Of a DNA stretch of 64,000 nucleotides, positions 6,548 to 16,542 are shown in pieces; position 1 is the first letter of the stretch; each line of letters begins with the position of its first letter. Under the pieces are notes generated by a model. The model saw only the letters and a list, made by a program, of their open reading frames with translations. It ran no database searches and was not told the origin of the DNA. The translations under genes were made by a program, and so were the position numbers. Location: positions 1-64,000 of IMG/VR virus record IMGVR_UViG_3300028864_000014; one strand, 5' to 3'.

Positions 6548-7801
6548 TTATTTTGTTTCTTTTACTTGTGCTGCTGCTGGTTTTGCTTCTATTTTTTTGA
6601 CATTTTCTGCTTTTTTTGTCATATCTTTACCATCTGGCTTATCACCCTCTTTGAATGTTAATGTATCACCATCTACTTTAGTTATAGTTCTAATTATTTC
6701 TTGATTTCCTCCATCTGGAGTCCAACTAATTTTATCTCCCTCTGTATATTCTGTTTTAACAGGTTTCTCAGCAGGTTTCTCAGCAGGCTGAATTTTAGTT
6801 ACATCAGTTTTCTTTTTAGTAAATTCACCATTAGTACCATTGAAAGTTAATGTATCTCCTTCTACTTTAATTATTTTTTCTTCTACATCTTTATTTAATG
6901 CATCGGAATGAAATTTTACAGTATCTCCAATTTTCAAATCTGTTGATTGTCCAGACTGTTGTTCTTTTGATAAATTTTTCCATTTTTCATCTAATTGTTT
7001 AGATAATATATCTCTATTCTTAGCAACTTCTATTGATGCTGTTTTATCTCCGCCTGCATCGTATATTTTTATTTTTGCATTTAAAAATGCCAATTTAAAT
7101 TCATCTACTTTGTTTGCTATTATAGTAGCTAATTTTGGATTTTTTTCTTGACCACCATATTTAGCTAAAACTCTATTCATTTCATTTTTTGCGACTTCTG
7201 CATCAGCATCAATTATTTGCTGAATAAGTTTAGCTTTATCTTTCAATGCTGATATTGTCATTTTAATATTTGTTCCTGCTTCTTTTGTCTCTGTACTTGG
7301 TGCTATTGTTTCTTTAGCTTGATTAATAGTATTCTTTACATCATTAACTTTGTTTGCAACATTATTAACTGCAGTTGCAACATCAGCTTCATTTAATTTA
7401 TTTTTTAAATGAACTCTTACTTTATTGCTTTCTTTTTTCACGTCATTTTCAGATGAATTATTAGTTGTAGTCTGTTTATCAGAAGAAACAGTTGAAGGAG
7501 CAGCAGGAGCAGAAATTTTAGAAGGAGAAGTAGCAACAGAAGAAGTGGTTGTAGTTGTTGAATTTATTTGTCCCTCAGCAGTTAAATTTAAATCAACTTG
7601 AACTTTTTTCTTAATATCATCATTAATCTTTTTTAAGTATTTTACATATATATCTTGAATTTCTTGACCTCCTTTTACTTTTTTTATATAAGTTGAAATG
7701 GTATTAAATAATTTACCTATAAAGCTAAATATTCCTTCATTTATTGATTTGCTATCATTATGAATATTTAAAAATTCATTCTTTGAATATAGATTTCTCA
7801 T
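6548..7801 (-). CDS. Putative virion protein with two C-terminal SH3/KOW-like repeats
   Basis: INEG and LNEA sites; LKIGDTVKF...KVEGDTLTF and YTEGDKISW...KVDGDTLTF duplication. Confidence 0.6.
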   Translation of the reverse strand: MRNLYSKNEFLNIHNDSKSINEGIFSFIGKLFNTISTYIKKVKGGQEIQDIYVKYLKKINDDIKKKVQVDLNLTAEGQINSTTTTTSSVATSPSKISAPAAPSTVSSDKQTTTNNSSENDVKKESNKVRVHLKNKLNEADVATAVNNVANKVNDVKNTINQAKETIAPSTETKEAGTNIKMTISALKDKAKLIQQIIDADAEVAKNEMNRVLAKYGGQEKNPKLATIIANKVDEFKLAFLNAKIKIYDAGGDKTASIEVAKNRDILSKQLDEKWKNLSKEQQSGQSTDLKIGDTVKFHSDALNKDVEEKIIKVEGDTLTFNGTNGEFTKKKTDVTKIQPAEKPAEKPVKTEYTEGDKISWTPDGGNQEIIRTITKVDGDTLTFKEGDKPDGKDMTKKAENVKKIEAKPAAAQVKETK

Positions 7802-7889
7802 GTGAAAATTTTATTTTTTATTATATATTAATATTTTAAAATCAATTATAACTTTTATATTTTTATATATAATAAAAATCAATTATAAT

Positions 7890-9302
7890 ATGTTTGAATT
7901 TAGAAGTTATACAGCGAATGGTACTATTTATGTAGAAATACGATACAATGGAATAGTAATTGATACTCAACAATTTGTCACATATTTCAAATACACTAAA
8001 AATGGGGTTGAATATCCAGGAATGACTGGTGCAGTAGAATCTATCAAGTCTGAAATAACAATGGCTAATATGTATTATTCTAATAGTACTCAAATTATTT
8101 ATCCATTCACTAGTTTTTCTGATACTCCATCCAATACTCCAAACACCAATAATATAAATTCAAATTCAAGTGATATTACAACATCAATCGCATCTGGTGT
8201 AACATCAGGTATAACATCAGGCAATACAGCAAGCTTAGGAACAGATGAAATAAATAAAAAAATTAAAGATGTTAAGGATGGTATGACTACACTTCAAGGA
8301 TTAGGATTATCTGGAATAAAAGACATAACAACAAATTTATGGAAATCTATTGAATCAATGTTATTAACAAAAAGGCAAATGGCAAAAAAATTATTATTAA
8401 CATCAAATCCATCAATGACAGAAGAAACTGCACAATTATTTATATATGGAAAAATATATTATAAAAATGGAATATTATATGATAATGATATTATAGATCC
8501 AAGCTGTGTATCAAAGCCAACAGATGATAAGTACTATCCCCCTTTAAGTGAAAAACATTCAATTTCAAAGCAAATTGATAAATGGATAGAAGAATTGAAG
8601 CATTCTTTGGAACAATTAGGAATAAAATTGGGTGAATTTACAAGTTTAATCGCTGATACTATTGAAACTATTGCATTAGCTCTGGTATCATTAGTATCAT
8701 CATTAGTAATTCTTCCTTTTGGAGCTGGAATTCCAACCGCTTTAACTGCAGTAAAGACTATGATGATAGCTATAAAAAATTTACAGGCAAAAATAGGAGA
8801 AATATTTCCTTTTTTATCATCATTTGATATATTAGGTTATTTACTACCTATGTCTATATTAGCTGGAATTTTAGCTACATTAGCTGGAATTTTAGTAATA
8901 TTGAAGACTATAATTGATTCAATTACAAGTATATTCGGAATATTAGCAATCATAACAGCATTATTTAATAAAATCAAAAAAAGATCTGCTAGTGTTCCTT
9001 TTAACGCTAATGCGATAGCAATACCAAATCAAGTTAAAATTAGTCAAATATCAATGCTAAGTGTTACTGCAAACGGAGGTGATTATAATTATACTTTTGA
9101 ATGGACAGATTCATATGGTAATATAATAGCAAATGATCCTAATCTTGATTATGATGATGGAACTAGAACATTGACTCCATATATTCCATATGTTGCAAAA
9201 ACTCTTGTGACTCCTTCATCAGAAATTTCAAATTACACAGTAAAAGTAACAGATGGAACTGGAAAATTCACAACATCAACAGTTCAAATAAAAAGAATTT
9301 AA
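7890..9302 (+). CDS. Hypothetical structural protein with long hydrophobic helices and a C-terminal Ig/PKD-like module
   Basis: Hydrophobic tract about aa 250-360; GGDYNYTFEW...YTVKVTDGTG. Confidence 0.6.
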   Translation: MFEFRSYTANGTIYVEIRYNGIVIDTQQFVTYFKYTKNGVEYPGMTGAVESIKSEITMANMYYSNSTQIIYPFTSFSDTPSNTPNTNNINSNSSDITTSIASGVTSGITSGNTASLGTDEINKKIKDVKDGMTTLQGLGLSGIKDITTNLWKSIESMLLTKRQMAKKLLLTSNPSMTEETAQLFIYGKIYYKNGILYDNDIIDPSCVSKPTDDKYYPPLSEKHSISKQIDKWIEELKHSLEQLGIKLGEFTSLIADTIETIALALVSLVSSLVILPFGAGIPTALTAVKTMMIAIKNLQAKIGEIFPFLSSFDILGYLLPMSILAGILATLAGILVILKTIIDSITSIFGILAIITALFNKIKKRSASVPFNANAIAIPNQVKISQISMLSVTANGGDYNYTFEWTDSYGNIIANDPNLDYDDGTRTLTPYIPYVAKTLVTPSSEISNYTVKVTDGTGKFTTSTVQIKRI

Positions 9303-10180
9303 TAGTTTTTAAATTTTTCAAACTTAACTGTGAGTTTATTATCAGAAACTTTAATAGGAAATTTAATAGGTGCCTTCAATTCTATTAATTTTGATTCAAA
9401 TGGATTAACAGTATTATTACTTACTAAGTTATTTATTAATGATATATCATTATTTTTAAGTCTATTGGTTATGTATTCAATACACTCTTCATCACTATTT
9501 CTTATTAAGAAATCAAAGTAATCCTGCAAATTATTAGTATTCATAAAATTAGACTTAACATCGTCATAAAAATAAACTTTATCATATGCTTCTTTTTTAA
9601 TAGGCACAAAACGTTTATCCTCAATTGTCAAACCTATCATATGTTCCAATAAAACTTTATTTTTATCATAAATAATTTTATCCATGAATCCAGTGGATCT
9701 AATTGATTCTGATACAAAATATATTTTACTTATTTCTAAACCATACTCTTTTAATTTTTCTCTTAATTTATTTAATAAATTTGCATGTTTTTTCCTATCA
9801 CTTCTAGCTGTCAAAACTCCTATTTCTATGTTTTTACCAATTAGATGCTTAACATTATCTAATAATAATTTGACATCTTTATCATTTAAAATATCTTCAT
9901 TGAAAAATTCACTGTAAGATATTCCTAAATTTGACAATCTAATGTTTCTATTTTTTCTTTGAACCCTCTCTAGCATATCTTTGGATATGCAAAATGTTTC
10001 ACCATTATAATCAACTGGTAATTCATCTTTTGAATAAATACCACTTTTAATTAAAGCGAATTCAATTGGAGAAATCTTTAACATAGGAACAGATGGTTTA
10101 TTTTTATCAATTAACCATATATCGCTTTTTATGTACCAAAGACTATTATCAAGATCAAAAAATGCAATTTCTTTACTCAT
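9299..10180 (-). CDS. HAD-superfamily hydrolase-like protein
   Basis: IAFFDLDNSLW (motif I), VLTAR (motif II), YFYDD (motif IV). Confidence 0.7.
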   Translation of the reverse strand: MSKEIAFFDLDNSLWYIKSDIWLIDKNKPSVPMLKISPIEFALIKSGIYSKDELPVDYNGETFCISKDMLERVQRKNRNIRLSNLGISYSEFFNEDILNDKDVKLLLDNVKHLIGKNIEIGVLTARSDRKKHANLLNKLREKLKEYGLEISKIYFVSESIRSTGFMDKIIYDKNKVLLEHMIGLTIEDKRFVPIKKEAYDKVYFYDDVKSNFMNTNNLQDYFDFLIRNSDEECIEYITNRLKNNDISLINNLVSNNTVNPFESKLIELKAPIKFPIKVSDNKLTVKFEKFKNY

Positions 10181-10181
10181 A

Positions 10182-10670
10182 TTATTTTAAAATTTTTAGT
10201 ATATCTAATTGATTATCTTCTATAAGTTCTACTGCATCTTTTTTTGAAAAGAATCCAGCTTCAACAATCTCATTTTTTAAAAAGTTCTTCAAAATCATGT
10301 CATTAACTAGTTTTATGTTGATATCACCATATTCAATATCTACAACATAACAAGTTAAATTTTTTTTTATTCCAGATTTTTCATATTCTATTACAAATTT
10401 ATCACTAGAATTGATTTGCTTCTTTGTGATTTTTATTCCAGCTTCTTCCCTTAATTCAGCTATTGCTGTCTTTATCTTACCCATATCATCCTCAATATGA
10501 CCCTTTGGAATTGACCATTTTTTCTCTTTTTTCTTGAATTTTTTTGGTCTTACTAATAATATTTTATTATTACATATTAGAACAACTCCAGAAAGTTTAT
10601 GAGATTTCTGTTCTTTTTCTTTTACCTGATATTTTTTAAATTCAACTATATACTCATCAAATTTTACCAT
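10182..10670 (-). CDS. NUDIX hydrolase
   Basis: WSIPKGHIE-x7-AELREEAGI Nudix box. Confidence 0.85.
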   Translation of the reverse strand: MVKFDEYIVEFKKYQVKEKEQKSHKLSGVVLICNNKILLVRPKKFKKKEKKWSIPKGHIEDDMGKIKTAIAELREEAGIKITKKQINSSDKFVIEYEKSGIKKNLTCYVVDIEYGDINIKLVNDMILKNFLKNEIVEAGFFSKKDAVELIEDNQLDILKILK

Positions 10671-10676
10671 ATAACA

Positions 10677-10889
10677 TTAAATCTTTTCTGATTTTTCTTT
10701 TCTACTTTTTTTATTATTAATACTAATACTAATTGGTATGTCTTTTATACCATTAAAATCTATAAACGCAAATTTATCTCCTTCTTTCCAATTAATATTA
10801 TCTGCCATATCATCAATCTCAGATAATTCATCAGATGTCATAGTGAGTGCTTCACTTAAAAATTTCTGAAAATTCATTATTTTTGACAT
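10677..10889 (-). CDS. small hypothetical protein with CTS-like N-terminus
   Basis: MSKIMNFQKFLSEA. Confidence 0.6.
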   Translation of the reverse strand: MSKIMNFQKFLSEALTMTSDELSEIDDMADNINWKEGDKFAFIDFNGIKDIPISISINNKKSRKEKSEKI

Positions 10890-10964
10890 ATTTATAATTT
10901 TTGATTTTGGTATATATATAAATAATAAAAATCAAATAAATTAACTAAATATTAACAATATTTA

Positions 10965-11408
10965 TTAAATGTTAAATTTTTTTGTATTTTTTATTGCTTC
11001 AATATCTTTCATAAAATCTGGATTTTTTTTAATAATATATTTTATAGCTTTTTCACTATCAGAAGTCTTCATTAGATCCTTAATATAATCATAAATATCA
11101 TCATCAGTAATAACATTAATTAAATTTACATTCAAATCAATTAATTTTTTTAACATCTTTAATCTATCGTATATAACACACAATACCAAAGGAGATACAT
11201 AATAATCATCATTGTCACTATCCTTTCCACCAAATGTAACATTATTAATATCTGCGCCTTTATTTATTGAATCGTCGAATAAAAAATAATCACAAGTACG
11301 AATTGATTTGTTCAAATTATCATTTAATTCTTCCTGAGATTCTTTATCTTCATCTGGAACATAAATCACATTTCTATTTGAGAAAAAGTCTTTAAATTTT
11401 TTAAGCAT
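10965..11408 (-). CDS. Ankyrin-repeat-like KFN[LI]-tag protein
   Basis: GADIN...SPLVLCVIYDRLKMLKKLIDLNVNLN; C-term KKFNI. Confidence 0.7.
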   Translation of the reverse strand: MLKKFKDFFSNRNVIYVPDEDKESQEELNDNLNKSIRTCDYFLFDDSINKGADINNVTFGGKDSDNDDYYVSPLVLCVIYDRLKMLKKLIDLNVNLINVITDDDIYDYIKDLMKTSDSEKAIKYIIKKNPDFMKDIEAIKNTKKFNI

Positions 11409-11480
11409 GAATATAGAATTTTTTTATCATTGAATATTATATATAAAAAAATCACTATTAAAAAATAGTGATTCTTTGTA

Positions 11481-11729
11481 TTATGGTTTATATTTACCCA
11501 AATTGTTCATTACTGAATTCATATTAGGAATTTTATTTGAATAATTTGACATACCTGAATTATCACTTGATGACTCTTTCTGTTGCTTATTATCACGTTC
11601 AATTCTAGCATTCAATCTTTTTACATATTCTTCATATTCCCACCAAACTAATTCATTTATAAAATGAGGTGCAATATGATCAACATCCATGAATCCAAAT
11701 TTATTATCCAAAATATTCGTCAAAGGCAT
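11481..11729 (-). CDS. gp51: Baseplate hub assembly protein, T4 gp51-like
   Basis: Small ORF overlapping the gp26-like gene; WWEYEEYVKRL resembles the gp51 motif. Confidence 0.6.
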   Translation of the reverse strand: MPLTNILDNKFGFMDVDHIAPHFINELVWWEYEEYVKRLNARIERDNKQQKESSSDNSGMSNYSNKIPNMNSVMNNLGKYKP

Positions 11730-12666
11730 CTGGAATAACGAAAATATTTGAGGCTCCAGTGGGAAAGCTCATATCAGTGTGGACCTCCATTCCACATTCT
11801 GGACACTGATTCTTCATTTCTTTTATACCAAATATCATATTATTTACTGCCTGATTTAAAATTTGAAAAGTTTTCATATCCATTCTCTTAAATTCCTGCT
11901 CTTTCACTTTTATTCCTTCTGCAGTTATGTTATTTCTGTCATGCAGCAAAAATGATGCTAATTTCAAAAATGCAACATTAGGATTTTTTTCACCTTGAAT
12001 TTTATTTTTAATATCACCAAAAAATATTTCTTGAATGCCAATTGTAGGAGGAGCTAAATTATAATCTACACCATCAATATTAAAAATAAAAACTTTATTA
12101 ATAGGATCATAAAATTTCTTTAATTTTTCAGGCATTTCATGATTAACAAAAGATTTATCAACAGTATCAGAACTTGTAGCTCTTAATTCCATCTTAAATT
12201 CTTTACCACAATTACCACAAATAACTTCTTTTGATAAATTTTTACCACCTGGAAATGTTAACTCTCTAATCATAAAAATTAAAGATAATCTATCACCATC
12301 ACGAATATCTTTATAAGAACCCTGTTTTCCATTAGGATGAAAAAATCTTATGCAAGAACTTAATATCTGATTCATTTTTTCCGTTATATCTAAATAATTT
12401 TTATCATCAACCACAGAATAAGCTTGTACTTCTTGTACTCTTGCTGCTCTAATACTAAGTTTAGTTCCATTTTTATAAAATATTCCACAAGGTAAAATAT
12501 TAAATGGAATAATAGTATATTCATTTGAAGGTATATTATTATCCAAATATGACATATCTGGTTTTTTTATGTTATCTATATTATCATTGTCATTTTCATT
12601 GACATTAAGATTTTTTTCTAAATAAGATAATGCATCATCTTCTTCCTTATTTTTAAAATTACTCAT
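11704..12666 (-). CDS. gp26: Baseplate hub subunit, T4 gp26-like
   Basis: LPCGIFY, IRAARVQE, two CxxC knuckles (CGNC, CPEC); context. Confidence 0.7.
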   Translation of the reverse strand: MSNFKNKEEDDALSYLEKNLNVNENDNDNIDNIKKPDMSYLDNNIPSNEYTIIPFNILPCGIFYKNGTKLSIRAARVQEVQAYSVVDDKNYLDITEKMNQILSSCIRFFHPNGKQGSYKDIRDGDRLSLIFMIRELTFPGGKNLSKEVICGNCGKEFKMELRATSSDTVDKSFVNHEMPEKLKKFYDPINKVFIFNIDGVDYNLAPPTIGIQEIFFGDIKNKIQGEKNPNVAFLKLASFLLHDRNNITAEGIKVKEQEFKRMDMKTFQILNQAVNNMIFGIKEMKNQCPECGMEVHTDMSFPTGASNIFVIPDAFDEYFG

Positions 12667-12883
12667 ATAATTAATTATTTTTTATTATATATAAAATTTA
12701 TTCTGTCCCACACAAAATAAAAATAAAAATAAAAAATAAAATTAATTAGTTAAAAAACATATAAAACATTAAAATTTGAACATTATAGCATAATAATTTA
12801 AATATTATCAAATATACGATGTTTCAAATTTATATATACTGAAAGACAATTGTTAATAAGATTAACAATTAAAAAAAAAATCC

Positions 12884-14008
12884 TTGTTTATGAAAATTTT
12901 ATTTTTACTTAAAAAATCTAAAACTTATAGCTCAGATTATAGTTCAGATTATAGTTCAGATTATAGTGAAAATCAAGAACACAATGAACCTAAAGACTAT
13001 TCATGCGGAAAATTAAAATCTGGATTATACAATTCTGCAAGATTAGTATCTGATTTTATATCAACATTACCAAATATGAAATCTGAAGTAGATTTATGTA
13101 TAGACGGAAATAATATAGATTCTAAATTACATAAATTTAAGCCAGATATATGCATAATTGAAGCAGTTTGGATAACTCCTAAAAAGCTATCAGAACTTCA
13201 AAAATTATATCCTAAACTTAAATTTGTAATTAGAGTTCATAGTAAAATTCCATTTTTAGCAATGGAAGGAATTGCTATTACTTGGATTAAAGAATATTTA
13301 AAAATTAAAAATGTAGAAGTATCATTCAACAATGAAATAACTCATAAAGATCTTAATTCAATAGGTATAAAAAATATTTATTTGCCTAATATATACGAGA
13401 AAATTAAAATAAAAAAAGAAAGATGTGATTTTTTTAAATTTTTTAAATTTTTTAATTTAAGAACAAAAAGAAAAATAAAGGCATCATATAATATAGGTTG
13501 CTTTGGCGCTATTAGACCATTAAAAAATCAACTGAATCAAGCAGTAGCAGCAATAAAATTTGGAGAAGAAAATAATACAATTGTCAATTTTTTCATTAAT
13601 TATAGTAGACTAGAACAATCTGGAGAAAATGTTTATAAAAACATTAAAGCACTCTTCAATAATACTAATCACAACCTAATTGAAATTGATTGGCTAAATA
13701 GAGAAGATTTTCTTTCTCTACTAAGTAAAATGGATATATCAATGCAAGTATCATTAACAGAAACATTTAATATAGTAGCGGCTGATTCAGTATTTGTGAA
13801 TGTGCCTGTGCTAGTTTCAAAAGAAATCAATTGGATATCAACTGGAATATCAGATCCAAATAATGTCGATTCAATGTATATTCAAATGAATAAAGTTCTG
13901 AAAAATAAAGAGAAATATATTAGAAAAAATCTTATATCTCTTAAAAATTATAATAAAAAATCAACAAATACTTGGATCGATTTCTTATATGATAATTTTG
14001 AATGCTAA
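12884..14008 (+). CDS. GT-B glycosyltransferase (GT4-like)
   Basis: FGAIRPLKN, SLTETFNIVAAD (ExF motif), VPVLVS. Confidence 0.8.
   Translation: MFMKILFLLKKSKTYSSDYSSDYSSDYSENQEHNEPKDYSCGKLKSGLYNSARLVSDFISTLPNMKSEVDLCIDGNNIDSKLHKFKPDICIIEAVWITPKKLSELQKLYPKLKFVIRVHSKIPFLAMEGIAITWIKEYLKIKNVEVSFNNEITHKDLNSIGIKNIYLPNIYEKIKIKKERCDFFKFFKFFNLRTKRKIKASYNIGCFGAIRPLKNQLNQAVAAIKFGEENNTIVNFFINYSRLEQSGENVYKNIKALFNNTNHNLIEIDWLNREDFLSLLSKMDISMQVSLTETFNIVAADSVFVNVPVLVSKEINWISTGISDPNNVDSMYIQMNKVLKNKEKYIRKNLISLKNYNKKSTNTWIDFLYDNFEC
12923..12966 (+). repeat. 12-nt tandem repeat encoding (YSSD)3
   Basis: ttatag(c/t)tcaga repeated about 3.5 times. Confidence 0.85.
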
Positions 14009-14067
14009 ATTTTATAATTTTTATAAACTTTAAAAATATATTCCTATATACCAAAATAAAAATAAAT

Positions 14068-14313
14068 ATGGGCATAATAGAAATTATTCTAACAATAGTA
14101 GCATGGAGAAAAGGATGGAAATGGTATTCTCTAATTCCAATTAGTGTAGCATTCATCATTGGAGCAATATGCGGAATGTCAGGTGTAAGTCCAAATGATG
14201 TAATATGGCTAGATATTCTTGTAGCAATAGTATTAATTATAATGTGTGACAGAAAACCTAAATCTAATATTGATAATGACAATGACAACATTGAAATAAA
14301 AAAAGAATCCTAA
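14068..14313 (+). CDS. small membrane protein
   Basis: Start re-assigned to MGIIEIILTIVAWRKGW; three hydrophobic segments. Confidence 0.65.
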   Translation: MGIIEIILTIVAWRKGWKWYSLIPISVAFIIGAICGMSGVSPNDVIWLDILVAIVLIIMCDRKPKSNIDNDNDNIEIKKES

Positions 14314-14327
14314 TGGATTCTTTTTTT
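14300..14327. terminator. bidirectional intrinsic terminator
   Basis: aaaaagaatcc-taat-ggattcttttt between convergent genes. Confidence 0.75.
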
Positions 14328-14415
14328 ATTAAAAATAATCAGGTTTTGTTTAATTTTTCTTCTCAATAATTTAAACTATCTATATTTAAGTTATAAGTTA
14401 TTGATTTTTAAGGAC

Positions 14416-14979
14416 TTAATAATAAAAATCTTCCCAATAATCTGCTACGAAGTTTGCAGTCAAATCAAAGATATCGGTTGAGCTATCCCAGCTTAGTTCT
14501 TCAAATCCTGTAAAACTTTTCATCATAACGTTATGATATGTTACTCTACGAATAACTTTACCTTCTTTATCATGTGCGTGGATAATAATATCGCCTACTA
14601 GATTTTTCTTATAATGAAGGGTGCCAGTTTCATTATTCCAACCTAAATCGTACCAATCTTTTAGAATTTTGAAGCAAAAAATTTGATAGTCATCATTTTG
14701 GTTAAGATTAAATACAATAGACAGATCATCTATATGTGTTTTTTCTGGCATCATAATAAACGCTCTTGTAGAGTATTTAAATCTTTGAACACCAGTTGAT
14801 AAATCAGGATAAGTTGGGAATTTTGCTGATTTAGTATTTTCCAAAAGAAGGTGAGTTGCATTTGGATGTAAAGATTGAAGAACAGTTGGTAAAATAATTG
14901 TTACTTCGTATAAATTTTTGTGAATAGGTTCCCATTTTTCTCTTGCCGTATCCACTGTTGTAAAGTGTGCTAATCCCAT
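14416..14979 (-). CDS. gp19: Tail tube protein, T4 gp19-like
   Basis: WEPIHKNLYEVTI, FNLNQN, ILKDWYDL, FVADYW; upstream sheath gene. Confidence 0.85.
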   Translation of the reverse strand: MGLAHFTTVDTAREKWEPIHKNLYEVTIILPTVLQSLHPNATHLLLENTKSAKFPTYPDLSTGVQRFKYSTRAFIMMPEKTHIDDLSIVFNLNQNDDYQIFCFKILKDWYDLGWNNETGTLHYKKNLVGDIIIHAHDKEGKVIRRVTYHNVMMKSFTGFEELSWDSSTDIFDLTANFVADYWEDFYY

Positions 14980-15156
14980 TTTTTATTAGATTATTTTTTA
15001 TAAATATATTAATATTCTATCTATATATTAAATTTAACACACTGTAATGAAAAAAACCAACTAATATTTTATTTTACCTAAATAGGTGCTTATATACATA
15101 GTTTTTCATAAAAATACTAAAAAACCGAAAAAAAATATTTATATATAATAGGTTTT

Positions 15157-15684
15157 TTATATGTTATATTTTGATGTTAAAAATAATTCAGGATATTTTT
15201 CAATTAAAAAATCATATATTTTAATTACCTCATCAAAATTACTTTCTTTTATATCTTCAATCGATGTTATAGTCAAATTATCAATTTTTATTCTATTATA
15301 TTTATTTGTTAGTATTGGAATAACTTCATATAATTCTGATATTTTATTCAAATCTAAAGTTAATGAATTTATTATTTCATAATAGTAATTTATAAAATTA
15401 TCAACAGATTTTTTAGAATTCAGAACTTTCAATTTTATTTGTCTATCATAAATCTCATCTCCATCAAAATTTGAAACTGAAATCGGAAGGAATTGTTCAT
15501 CTTCCCAATATGGAGTAGCATATACATAAAAATCATGATTACCCCATGTAAAAGCACCTGAACCATAATCCACATAAAACTCAAATCCATTAATTATTTT
15601 ATTATCAGTTTTAATTTTATCATATAGTATATCTATATATGTACTATCTTCATCAACACTTTCATTAAATCTTTTCAATTTCAT
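15157..15684 (-). CDS. KFN[LI]-tag family protein
   Basis: MKLKRFNES ... SKYNI. Confidence 0.8.
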   Translation of the reverse strand: MKLKRFNESVDEDSTYIDILYDKIKTDNKIINGFEFYVDYGSGAFTWGNHDFYVYATPYWEDEQFLPISVSNFDGDEIYDRQIKLKVLNSKKSVDNFINYYYEIINSLTLDLNKISELYEVIPILTNKYNRIKIDNLTITSIEDIKESNFDEVIKIYDFLIEKYPELFLTSKYNI

Positions 15685-15687
15685 ATA

Positions 15688-16044
15688 TTATATATTAAAT
15701 TTATTCACATTTTGTCTTAATTTATATCTATCAATCAAATCCTGTTTTTCTTCTGATAAGTCAAGAATTTCTTTTGTACCAACAATAATCGAATTATCTT
15801 TATCGAAATAAAATTTAATATCAAATGGAATATTAGTATATTTAACTTCTATCTCTAACTCATAATAACCTTTATTTATATCAACAATTTCTCCTATTGT
15901 ATTATTAGTAAATTCTACTATTTTATTTTTTTTAGCATCAGAGCTTCCGTTCCAAATATCATTTTTTTTTATATTTAGTACAACATAATTTCCTATTTTA
16001 ATATCAGAATATTTGTATTCTTCATAAATTTTCAAATACTTCAT
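15688..16044 (-). CDS. KFN[LI]-tag family protein, SH3-like
   Basis: MKYLKIYEE, IKIGNYVVL ... NKFNI. Confidence 0.8.
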   Translation of the reverse strand: MKYLKIYEEYKYSDIKIGNYVVLNIKKNDIWNGSSDAKKNKIVEFTNNTIGEIVDINKGYYELEIEVKYTNIPFDIKFYFDKDNSIIVGTKEILDLSEEKQDLIDRYKLRQNVNKFNI

Positions 16045-16090
16045 ATTGTTATATATTAAAATTTAAAATTTATTTTTTATATATATTATT

Positions 16091-16492
16091 ATGAGATATA
16101 TAAAAACTTTTGAAGATTTAAAAAATACAGTAATATCAATTAAAAAATTAATGGATGATTGCTTAACATATGATATTGATTTTTTTGATTTACTTAAAGA
16201 AATGATATTAAATAATATAATAACATTTCAATGTTTTAAAAATTATGACAATGAAGGTAATTATACATATGATAATATTAGCAAAACTGGTAGAATTGAA
16301 GATGTTGATTTAGTTTCTGAATACAGAAATGTTTATGAATATGATATATTAGTTAAAATGAATAAACGATGGTACCAGTTGACAGATAAAAAAATAAATT
16401 TATCACAAACTTTCACTTTATATAATCACAAAAAAGGTAAATTGGAGGAGGAATTAGAATTAGCAAAAAGTGCAGAAAAATTTAGAATATAA
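16091..16492 (+). CDS. KFN[LI]-tag family protein (variant KFRI)
   Basis: MRYIKTFED ... EKFRI. Confidence 0.78.
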   Translation: MRYIKTFEDLKNTVISIKKLMDDCLTYDIDFFDLLKEMILNNIITFQCFKNYDNEGNYTYDNISKTGRIEDVDLVSEYRNVYEYDILVKMNKRWYQLTDKKINLSQTFTLYNHKKGKLEEELELAKSAEKFRI

Positions 16493-16526
16493 AAAAAGAG
16501 AGAAATTAAATTTCTCTCTTTTTTTT
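16492..16526. terminator. bidirectional intrinsic terminator
   Basis: aaaaaagagagaaatt-aa-atttctctcttttttt. Confidence 0.75.
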
Positions 16527-16542
16527 AGTTATTTATATTTGA

